From a virus (taxonomy: Duplodnaviria > Caudoviricetes): a stretch of 59,309 nucleotides of DNA. A program made the translations under genes and the position numbers. A model generated the notes under the pieces. That model did not search any database and was not told the origin of the DNA. It was given only the letters and a program-made list of their open reading frames with translations. Location of the stretch: the IMG/VR virus record IMGVR_UViG_3300024891_000004, positions 1 to 59,309 of that record; one strand, 5' to 3'. Below are positions 49,197 through 57,166 of the stretch, piece by piece; within the stretch, counting starts at the first letter, position 1, and the number at the start of each line of letters is the position of its first letter.

Positions 49197-50378
49197 CTAA
49201 CTGCGTAAAACGGTGATGTACTGGTCTATGCCGTTGACGGTGCGGAATAATGCCGCGCCTTCGTTGGCTTTGCCGATCGTGTAGCGGTCTTGGGTTAAAT
49301 CAATGATTGTGCCGCCGCTGATGCCAACGACAATACTTGCGTGTGAAGCCCATACCGGTACACTTTGTTTCGGTACATTATCCAAGCCTTTAACCTGGTT
49401 GCTGGCAACATAAGTCAATGTGCCTTTTACGACACCAACATTGGATTTAGTAATTAACTGCATCTGATCCGGCTGCGTACCGGCTAAAAAGTAAGTTTCA
49501 GTTTCCGTGCCGATAAATAAACCGTCCTGCACTGGTGCGACCATCGTAATTGCACTGGTAAAACCAAAGTAATCGCGCAAATCAAATAACTCGTAACCAT
49601 AGCCTTTTGAATAATATAGCCACTGATTCTGCGCCACATACATACGGCCTTGAAAGTAACGCACTAATTGTCCGGCTGGCGCGTGCTGGCAGAATTGGGT
49701 ATCTAACGGGGTGCGTACTATGCCGCCATTGTAATTAGCGCTCGTTGTTTCATTCACCAATATCAATGCACGGTATAACACCTCGCCATTCGCTTCTGTC
49801 AGGTAAATAACTTTGTGGGTCACTGTCGGGTCAGGCGACACCGGTATGTCACTGAATGTGATCGCGCCTGTTGTAATCTCGATTTTGTCTGCGATTCCCG
49901 TCCCTGATTCCTGCCCGTCCTCGCGCAAATACGTTAAAGCATATTGATAAGTACCGGCAAACATATCGCCATAAGCGTTAGTTGCCAATGGTTGAAATAC
50001 CGGCGGTACGATGCCCCATGTGCGATTGCCGTTACTGGTATAAATGCCGGTCTGCGTGCCGTTGCTGTAATAAATCTTGTTGTCCACCTCGGCATAACTC
50101 ATGACGAGGCCACTGTTTAAATCGCTGCGCACGGTCACGCTGCTGGTTAAGTCGCTATTCAAGCGTTTCAGTGTTGTACCTTGCACATACAGGCAAATAT
50201 CGCCATGCGCCCATAATGAATGCACGGCAGCGCTGATTTTCTTTACATAACCATCGCGGCTTAATAGCTTGCCGCTATTGTCCAAATTCACATTGGTTGC
50301 CACTGCCAGATCAGCAGGCGCAAAGCGTTCTGCGCTTACATCATTGCGTAAGCCTTGGAATGCTTTGAAGTCAGCCAT
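49197..50378 (-). CDS. Tail nozzle/stabilisation-like beta-propeller protein
   Basis: FQGLRN...ATNVNLDNSGKLLSRDGY; YFQGRMYVA; follows the adaptor gene. Confidence 0.65.
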   Translation of the reverse strand: MADFKAFQGLRNDVSAERFAPADLAVATNVNLDNSGKLLSRDGYVKKISAAVHSLWAHGDICLYVQGTTLKRLNSDLTSSVTVRSDLNSGLVMSYAEVDNKIYYSNGTQTGIYTSNGNRTWGIVPPVFQPLATNAYGDMFAGTYQYALTYLREDGQESGTGIADKIEITTGAITFSDIPVSPDPTVTHKVIYLTEANGEVLYRALILVNETTSANYNGGIVRTPLDTQFCQHAPAGQLVRYFQGRMYVAQNQWLYYSKGYGYELFDLRDYFGFTSAITMVAPVQDGLFIGTETETYFLAGTQPDQMQLITKSNVGVVKGTLTYVASNQVKGLDNVPKQSVPVWASHASIVVGISGGTIIDLTQDRYTIGKANEGAALFRTVNGIDQYITVLRS

Positions 50379-51040
50379 TAATACACCCCGTTAAAATCAT
50401 CGCCCATCTGTTCGCGTGCAATCCATTCTTCATCCACGGCAGAACTACGCTTGCCGAATATGGATTCAAACAGGTCATAGTTTTCCTTGGCCTTGCCTGC
50501 GTCCTTGGTTTCCGTGTCCTGCTTCATGTAAGCACGGTGCATGATCCAGTAGCGTAAGTTGCGGTGATAGCGTGAATGTATTTCCGGCGTATCGTCCATT
50601 GCATTCATATCGGTCAATGGCATACGAATGACTGTCAAATTCAGAGTGTCATTAACAGTTGGCTTTGGATATAAACGGATTTTGCCTGTTTCGTAGTCAG
50701 TAACAAACAGTTCCGGTGTACCGGTTTCTGTTTCCCATCCGACCACGGCATTGTCAAGGTCACGCATTTGCGCACGGCCTAACTTGTAATCGTCTAGCGC
50801 TAACTTGGCTCGGCGAATGAATACCACACGGCTATCCAGCGTTAAAACCGGATTACCGGCAGTTACCGCAATCTGGGTGACTTCCGCTGTAGTTGAATCA
50901 ATCAATAAGCGTGCGCGAATACTGGCTTCATTTTCGGCATCTACGGCGTATTCAATCAGTTCTTCATCTGACCATAGATTTTTACCGGTGGCATCGTCCA
51001 GTTCATTGCGTACCAGTTCAATGATTTCGCGCAAGGTCAT
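50378..51040 (-). CDS. Head-tail adaptor protein (podovirus gp11-like)
   Basis: MTLREIIELVRNELDD...LWSDEELIEY...IRLYPKP...PEIHSRYH. Confidence 0.75.
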   Translation of the reverse strand: MTLREIIELVRNELDDATGKNLWSDEELIEYAVDAENEASIRARLLIDSTTAEVTQIAVTAGNPVLTLDSRVVFIRRAKLALDDYKLGRAQMRDLDNAVVGWETETGTPELFVTDYETGKIRLYPKPTVNDTLNLTVIRMPLTDMNAMDDTPEIHSRYHRNLRYWIMHRAYMKQDTETKDAGKAKENYDLFESIFGKRSSAVDEEWIAREQMGDDFNGVY

Positions 51041-51042
51041 GA

Positions 51043-51426
51043 TTACTTACCGCCTAGTGCAGCCAGGTCATCTTCGGTCATGCCATCGGTTTTTTCTGCA
51101 TCAGGATTGCCGCCATTGGCATCACCTTTTTCATCACCTGTAGCCCCAACGCTACCAGAAGTGAGTGCGTCTGGATCTGCATCACCAAGATCAGATTGTG
51201 GTGATACATTAGAAACCCTACCTTTAACCAGATTACCGTCAAGATCAACCTGATTGCCTTCGAGATTGAACAGTTTGCCGTCTTGTTCAAATTTCACATT
51301 GCCACCGCTGTGTACGTCATAAAATAGTTTGTTGCGGTCTAGCTTTGCGCCGCCTTTTACTGGATTATCGCTTAATGAACCATCTGCATTTGCTGCTTTT
51401 GGTGCTGATTTCTTTGGTGCTGCCAT
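51043..51426 (-). CDS. Hypothetical head-region protein
   Basis: MAAPKKSAPK... with RBS ggag; KLDRNK...FEQDGKLF motif. Confidence 0.6.
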   Translation of the reverse strand: MAAPKKSAPKAANADGSLSDNPVKGGAKLDRNKLFYDVHSGGNVKFEQDGKLFNLEGNQVDLDGNLVKGRVSNVSPQSDLGDADPDALTSGSVGATGDEKGDANGGNPDAEKTDGMTEDDLAALGGK

Positions 51427-51461
51427 GATGTTTGTACTCCCGTGAGTTTGATAAGTAAGCA

Positions 51462-51888
51462 TTAATCGCTTTTTTCGCACTTGTCGCTTTGCGTGCTTGA
51501 TTTAATGCTGCCGCCATTGTCGTAGCCTTGGTCGAGGTTACTACCATAAGTGTCAGTGACACCGGTATTCACGCCACGATCCGGCATTGGTTTGGTATCG
51601 CCTTGTACAACGCCTGTACCGTCTGGTCTTGGAAAGTTTTTCATGCTGATTACTCCTGATTAATTAAAGTGTGGTCTAGCGTTCCCAACCTTCGGGGCGA
51701 CCTACAAAGCCGCCATCTTTTGGTTTTTCTTCATGTAACATCGGCATATCCCATTCATTCTTTTCTACGGCTGGCTGTTCAGGGATAAAGCCTTTTTGCA
51801 GGTCAGTTGCACTTGCGCCGCCTAGCGCACCATTCGTGCCGCCATGAATGCCTGCATTGGATTCTTGCATTGTGTCTTTGTCTTTCAT
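51462..51888 (-). CDS. Two small hydrophilic head-region proteins (51462-51644, 51676-51888)
   Basis: Both have RBS aggag/agga; Gly/Asp-rich. Confidence 0.55.
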
Positions 51889-51891
51889 GAT

Positions 51892-53421
51892 TTATTCCTT
51901 AGTGAGTTTATGAAAAGCATCCATCACCTGATCAACACTGATATTAGCCTGGCACAAGGCCACGCCGGACGTACCATATTGCGTACAGGTATCGAATGTA
52001 TAGTGCATCTGGTGGCATGGGTAACATGGTGTATGTTCAGGCTCTAGTGCAATCGTGTTTTCCCAATCACGGGTTAAATTGTGTGCGGAACTGTGCGACA
52101 ACAGGACAATCTTGCCATTTGGTTCAAACGCTACGGCATTGAGTAACCCTGTTTCCGAACCGATCACCATATCCGCAACCTGCGCAAATGCCATTGACTG
52201 CCGCATTGTCCATGCACCGGCACGCTTCACTACCCTAGTTTCGCCTTCCCATCCTTGCTGCAGCATTGCTTCATCTGCACCGCCGACCAGTACCACTTTT
52301 AAATCAGGGTACTGTAACAATACCTTGGCAATCACGTCATCCATCCACGGATAAACCTTGTGAATAGCAGAACCGGACAGCGACCATACAACAACATAAC
52401 CGCCTAATACTTCATACTGTTTTTTTGCCCACGCTACTTCATCATCACTGGCATAAAACAGTTGATCATGCGTTGCGTGCCGCAAATCCGCTATATCGTG
52501 TTGAAACTGTAGATAGTTACAATCTAAATACTTGTGGCGCATTTCCTGCGACCAGTTGAATTGTGTCGTATTAGGCAAGGCCAGCAAGCTACGTTCTACT
52601 GATTCAGACAGGTTTACAAACTTGTCGTATTTTTTGGCAAGGTGCGCCCAGAACTGGCCTAATTCATGGTTTGGTACTTGGTCATTGCCTTGCACCACGA
52701 ACTTATCAATATGCGGGTCGTGTTTGGTCACTTCATAACCCTGTGCTGCGGTATAGAACGTGACGTGATAGCCTAGCCGTTTCAGTCCGGCAATCACACT
52801 GGATGCTTGGATTGCGTCACCATAAGCGCCGTACCTGCAAACTGCGGCCTGTGGTTTAGCCCGTGTTTTTAATACATTTAGCTTACTAAAGTCGCCTTTC
52901 CCTGTGCCGCTTTTCCTGTAAACCTGAAAAAAGCTGTATTCATTACCGGCATTGCGTTCTTCATTGACTAATAACGACCAGTTGCCTGTAAGTTTTAGCA
53001 TAGCCTTTTTAATATCTACCGGCATAAAGTCATGTTTATGATCTAGATTAGCGCCAGGCTGTCCAACATTTGGGTAGTATTCTTTATGCGGCAGGTATAG
53101 AATCAGATAGCCGCCATGCTTAATGACGCGCCACCATTCTTTCAGTGCCGCCTCGTAATCCGTAATATGTTCAAGTAAATGCGAACTAAAAATGAAGTCC
53201 ATGCTGTTATCAGCAAAAATGCTCAAATCCTCGCAGGTATCGACCATTACATCGACACCTTGATTGCCCCAATGATGCCCGTTATCGACACCAATAAAAT
53301 GAGGGAAAGTCTTGAATAGACCGCAACCTAAGTCTAGGCCGCGCCCTGCGGTGTATTCAACAATATCCCATTTGATTTTTGCGGCTTCATTACCTTGTGG
53401 TGCTTTAATATCCCAGACCAT
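51892..53421 (-). CDS. SAM methyltransferase fused to a GT9 (heptosyltransferase-like) glycosyltransferase
   Basis: N-terminal LDLGCG...FSSHLLEH...EWWRVIKHGGYL; C-terminal RYGAYGDAIQ...ADMVIGSETGLLNAV...CYPC...C...C. Confidence 0.88.
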   Translation of the reverse strand: MVWDIKAPQGNEAAKIKWDIVEYTAGRGLDLGCGLFKTFPHFIGVDNGHHWGNQGVDVMVDTCEDLSIFADNSMDFIFSSHLLEHITDYEAALKEWWRVIKHGGYLILYLPHKEYYPNVGQPGANLDHKHDFMPVDIKKAMLKLTGNWSLLVNEERNAGNEYSFFQVYRKSGTGKGDFSKLNVLKTRAKPQAAVCRYGAYGDAIQASSVIAGLKRLGYHVTFYTAAQGYEVTKHDPHIDKFVVQGNDQVPNHELGQFWAHLAKKYDKFVNLSESVERSLLALPNTTQFNWSQEMRHKYLDCNYLQFQHDIADLRHATHDQLFYASDDEVAWAKKQYEVLGGYVVVWSLSGSAIHKVYPWMDDVIAKVLLQYPDLKVVLVGGADEAMLQQGWEGETRVVKRAGAWTMRQSMAFAQVADMVIGSETGLLNAVAFEPNGKIVLLSHSSAHNLTRDWENTIALEPEHTPCYPCHQMHYTFDTCTQYGTSGVALCQANISVDQVMDAFHKLTKE

Positions 53422-53431
53422 AATAGTTCCT

Positions 53432-53461
53432 AAAGAAGGGGCGACACATTGCCGCCCCTTC
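53432..53461 (-). terminator. Hairpin terminator after the decoration gene
   Basis: GAAGGGGCG.../CGCCCCTTC stem followed by T residues. Confidence 0.55.
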
Positions 53462-53478
53462 GTTTAACTATGTCAGCG

Positions 53479-53862
53479 TTAAGCTGTCAAGTCTGAACCT
53501 GGCACAACGTAAGTTTCTACTGCCACTGATAAGGCAATAGATGCGTCAGTACCATGTGCTACCCAGAACTGATCACCTTGCGCTAATGTAATATTGAGCG
53601 CATTGTTTTTAGGTGTAATGGCTGCAGAAGTAATTGCAGACAAGGTAGCGGTTGCGGTTGCTGTACCACTCTTAGTGTACAAAAGCGGCTGCGTCGCTGA
53701 TGTACCGGCGGTATTAACACCCAAAGTAACGGATTTAAGTTTTTGTGCAGTGAATGCCGCAAACTTTTGAGAAACGCCATTTGCGCCTGCTGGTGTACCA
53801 GATGAATAAACAACCGGCACTTGGTAGGCTGGATGGTCGTAGGCTTTATTTTTTACTGTCAT
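53479..53862 (-). CDS. Putative capsid decoration/cement protein
   Basis: 127-aa Thr/Ala-rich beta protein directly after the major capsid gene. Confidence 0.55.
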   Translation of the reverse strand: MTVKNKAYDHPAYQVPVVYSSGTPAGANGVSQKFAAFTAQKLKSVTLGVNTAGTSATQPLLYTKSGTATATATLSAITSAAITPKNNALNITLAQGDQFWVAHGTDASIALSVAVETYVVPGSDLTA

Positions 53863-53940
53863 TTCAGTTTCCTTTATCCTGCACGCCTCTCATACAGGAA
53901 GTTATTTGGCAGCGTGAGTAGGCACGATAAGCCAAGAATG

Positions 53941-53962
53941 AAAAAACCGCCCGAAGGCGGTT
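53941..53962 (-). terminator. Terminator after the major capsid gene
   Basis: AACCGCC-TTCG-GGCGGTT plus T-run. Confidence 0.85.
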
Positions 53963-53967
53963 GTTTG

Positions 53968-55827
53968 TTAGGTTGCTGAACCCCATTTCACGATACGGGC
54001 TTGTGCTGCTAGGGTATGCACCAGACCGAAGCCACCAAGGTAGTACCATGCAACGCCTTTTGAGCGCCCATAGTCACTAGGGATTTTGCCGCGGATTTCT
54101 TCCGGTACGGCAATGCCTTCTGCCACGGTATCTTCACCGAAGAAGTACGCCCAATTTGACAATCCATTTACCCAAGTTTCCTTGGCAACGTTGGTTTGTT
54201 CAACGAAGCGCACGCCTTCATAGCGACCAATCTCACCGTTCATGATCATGGTGAAGCCGGTTTCAACGTATTGATGCACGGCTTCCAAGTCATTTTTCAA
54301 TGTACGGAAAGTTGATGGATGACCAATCGAAAAGTAGTCATCGTTTTGGTAAGGTGGAATGTTGCGTTCCTTCATTACGTCCACGATAGCTTTGATATGG
54401 TTTTTACCCATTGCTACGTTATTGGTTGCTGGCGGTGTACCGTCAGTTGCCAATGTCACGGCAGTTGTGGAAGTGCCTGATGTTGGTGTCACCACCAATG
54501 GTGTCAATGCAAACTGCGCATAAGCAGCAGCATCGAATGCTTTTTTAGCATCGTTTTTCAGCACTTTGTTGATCACTTCTTTAACTGGGTGCTCTGACAA
54601 GTCATCCAATTTACCTGAATACGGACTTTTTTGTTATCGCATGGCTCTTTATCCATACTTCTAACGCTTTCACGTTAGAGCAGACTATATCATCCCTTTC
54701 GGGTAGCGTACTCTTGGGGCTTTACTGTGTGTTCTACACTCCATGCCCTAGTCGTTGAACCTTCCACTAATCCCTTAGTGGCTCGGCTGCTGATTGCCCA
54801 ATCCAATATCTTTTCAAACATTCACGCTTGCCTTTACAGGCTACGTTGTAGTGCTATTGGCTCTTAGGGGTTTCCAGCAATTCTCGCTATTTTCAAGTTT
54901 ACCTGTTTGTGGTAACATGGAAGTTCTCAACTTAGGAGAACGTCATGTCTATATCTAAAGAACAACTCGCCCGTGTAACTGTTGTTTGCAAATGCGGTTG
55001 TGGCGAATCATTTAGTGCTTTTCCTGTTTACAAAAATAAATCAGAAGGCGGCGGTTTGCGAATCCCTGAATATAAACGAGGTCATCATCCTAATTGTAGA
55101 AAGAAACAATTAAGTGGCGACCCTTGGAATAAAGGGTTACGCAAGGAAACAAATCCTTCTGTTGCCAAGCAAGGCGTTCGCGGTGTGGATCATTTTAATT
55201 ATGATCCTGAACAAAACCCCGATTGGTTTTCTAAAGATTTTGATTTTCGTGCTTTTTCAGAAAAATTTGGCACTAAACTTCGTAGCAAAGGCGGTAATAA
55301 GGCTTACGCTAAGTTTCGCAAAGCGATACTTAAACGTGATAACTATACGTGTCAGCACTGCGGAATATCTGACGATATTGGATTTGATGAAGATTCTTTT
55401 CTTCAAGTTCACCATATCGTTTATATCAAGCATGATAGAACCCGTATTTTTGACCCCACTAACGTTGTTACTCTTTGCTTTAATTGTCATTGGATAACTC
55501 ACAAAAGAAAGTAAGTTGCCGCTCTTAATGAATCAGGACGGAGTTACCGTATTCTGTAATAGTCAGTTCACCTTGAGTGATTGTGAAGTTTGTTTCAGGC
55601 ATTACATCGGTTTCAGCCAGTGCGCCACCTTGAGTAGCTACATCGCTGTACACGTTCCAATGGAACTTGTCGCCTTTACCTTTGCCTTGTTGAGTTGCGT
55701 CTTTTGCATCGCAAAATTGACGGAATTTCACCATTGGTTGTACGGCATTGCGCAAAACCTTTGATAAATTGAGTGAGTACATATAACCGCCTAAGCTGTT
55801 AGTACCCCATACTTGTTGACCTGCCAT
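53968..55827 (-). CDS. Major capsid protein, spliced: exon 1 55827-55538, exon 2 54625-53968 (315 aa)
   Basis: Joining ...TAC GGT AAC TCC GT to T CCG TAT TCA GGT AAA gives EYGNSVPYSGKLDDLS in frame (290+658=948 nt); GEIGRYEGVRFVE capsid motif; follows the scaffold gene. Confidence 0.9.
54891..54940 (+). promoter_or_regulatory. Candidate sigma70 promoter and RBS for the intron HNH gene
   Basis: TTTCAA-16-TAACAT with TGn extension; AGGAG 6 nt before ATG 54945. Confidence 0.5.
54945..55514 (+). CDS. HNH homing endonuclease, antisense within the intron
   Basis: CKCGCG N-terminus, PWNKG (NUMOD-like), RDNYTCQHCG...VHHI...NVVTLCFNCH. Confidence 0.9.
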   Translation: MSISKEQLARVTVVCKCGCGESFSAFPVYKNKSEGGGLRIPEYKRGHHPNCRKKQLSGDPWNKGLRKETNPSVAKQGVRGVDHFNYDPEQNPDWFSKDFDFRAFSEKFGTKLRSKGGNKAYAKFRKAILKRDNYTCQHCGISDDIGFDEDSFLQVHHIVYIKHDRTRIFDPTNVVTLCFNCHWITHKRK

Positions 55828-55852
55828 GATTAATACTCCTTATTGATCTTGT

Positions 55853-56806
55853 TTAAACGGGTAAGCCACGCGCTTCACGCATCGCACGGATGGTGTCGGA
55901 TGCAGTTGCTTCGCTGTCTGTGGCTGTTTCAGGCACACTTGTTTTCTGGCTGGCGGCTGGCACATGATCAAGGGCGGCTTTACGGGCTTCCCTGTCATTT
56001 GCTGTTACCGTTACGCCCTTGGCTTTCAGCCATTCGCGTGTGGTATCGCCTGCATAGGTCAAGGCTTCATCCAGCGGTTTACCGTCACGCAACGCTTGTG
56101 CGCGATGGGTATCTGCCATTTGAACCAAGAACGGATCAGTCACAACGTCCTGGTAATTGTCGATAAAAGCCTTCATTGCCACGTCATCCTGCATTTTTTG
56201 ACGCGCACGGTCGGCTACTTGGTCAATGTCAAGTTGTGGTTGCGGAATAGCCTGTTGACGTTCCCCCAATAACTTTTTCACCGCCTCTCTGGTTTTTTCT
56301 TCATCGCCTTCGTACAAGGCACTAACTAACTCATTCGCTTGATCGTCCAGTGAGGATGGATTAGCAGTTGGGTTGTTAGGAATTGCACTTAATGCTTCTT
56401 CTCGCTGGCGTAGTTCTGCTTCTTGCCGGTCAAGTTCTGCATTTCTTCGGGCGACTTCATCCAGCCGTTTTGAGGCGGCTGCGTCCTTTTGATAGACACG
56501 CAACGCCTCTGCCGCTGGCATCAGGTGTTCTTGTCCGTCAATCTTGGTGCGCACCTGATAACTGGCAAGTTCATCCTCGGTCAGTACGTGTGGTGCGCTG
56601 GTATTCTCTGCGGCAGGCTCTGGCGCTGCGGCGGCTTCTGATTTTGGCTCGGCTAGTCCTTGTTCGGCTAACTCGGCTTGGATCACTTCATGATTGTTAT
56701 TAGCGAGTTGTTCCATGAAGTCATAACGGGGATTATGTGAAGCCTGCACCCCTGTTTCTGTTTCGTTTTCCAACACGCCCGATTGGGTAGCGTTATTTTT
56801 AGCCAT
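55853..56806 (-). CDS. Capsid scaffolding protein
   Basis: Acidic coiled coil with KIDGQEH motif and basic C-terminus (MREARGL); between portal and capsid; start revised to 56806. Confidence 0.75.
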   Translation of the reverse strand: MAKNNATQSGVLENETETGVQASHNPRYDFMEQLANNNHEVIQAELAEQGLAEPKSEAAAAPEPAAENTSAPHVLTEDELASYQVRTKIDGQEHLMPAAEALRVYQKDAAASKRLDEVARRNAELDRQEAELRQREEALSAIPNNPTANPSSLDDQANELVSALYEGDEEKTREAVKKLLGERQQAIPQPQLDIDQVADRARQKMQDDVAMKAFIDNYQDVVTDPFLVQMADTHRAQALRDGKPLDEALTYAGDTTREWLKAKGVTVTANDREARKAALDHVPAASQKTSVPETATDSEATASDTIRAMREARGLPV

Positions 56807-56819
56807 TGCTTTACTCCAT

Positions 56820-56846
56820 AAAAAAAGCCACCGGTTAAGGTGGCTT
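56820..56846 (-). terminator. Rho-independent terminator
   Basis: AAGCCACC-TTAACC-GGTGGCTT plus T-run. Confidence 0.75.
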
Positions 56847-56872
56847 GGTTGCAACGTAGCTGAATGCTGCGT

Positions 56873-57166
56873 TTATTCCTGTCTATTCATCTGGTCTAGT
56901 TGTTCTTCACTGGATTGGCCTACAATAAAGGCTTCCTTTAGCCATAATTCAAAGTTTTCTGAACGGGCAATAATGCCTTGCAAGGTTCTGATGCGCTCGG
57001 TCTGTGTCGGGGCTATGCTTTTCAGTTCGTCAATGGCCTGAATCGCATCAGCAGCGGCACGGCCTAACAGGTATTTACCCAAATCAGAATTAAAGAAGGC
57101 TTCAACATCAAAGCCCAAAGCGATTTTCTTTTGAATCTCGTTTAGTTCCTGCTGGTTTTGGCTCAT
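56873..57166 (-). CDS. Small head-assembly protein between portal and scaffold
   Basis: 97 aa, FFNSDLGKYL motif typical of post-portal podovirus proteins. Confidence 0.6.
   Translation of the reverse strand: MSQNQQELNEIQKKIALGFDVEAFFNSDLGKYLLGRAAADAIQAIDELKSIAPTQTERIRTLQGIIARSENFELWLKEAFIVGQSSEEQLDQMNRQE

Larger units (their letters stand above)
54626..55537 (-). ncRNA. Group I self-splicing intron (subgroup IA-like), 912 nt
   Basis: 5' exon ends in U, pairing CCGU/GCGG in P1; terminal G; core P AAUUGCUGGAAAC, Q AAUCAGCAG, R GUUCAACGACUA, S GAUAUAGUC; P3 UAGCG/CGCUA, P7 GACUA/UAGUC, insertion between P7 and P3. Confidence 0.93.

Noticed and set aside
55114-55497. Second plus-strand ORF inside the intron
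   Set aside because: Alternative frame overlapping the HNH gene, with no motifs
53968-55827. Capsid gene as a pseudogene or two separate genes (100 aa and 213 aa)
   Set aside because: Precise in-frame rejoining and a complete group I core explain the split
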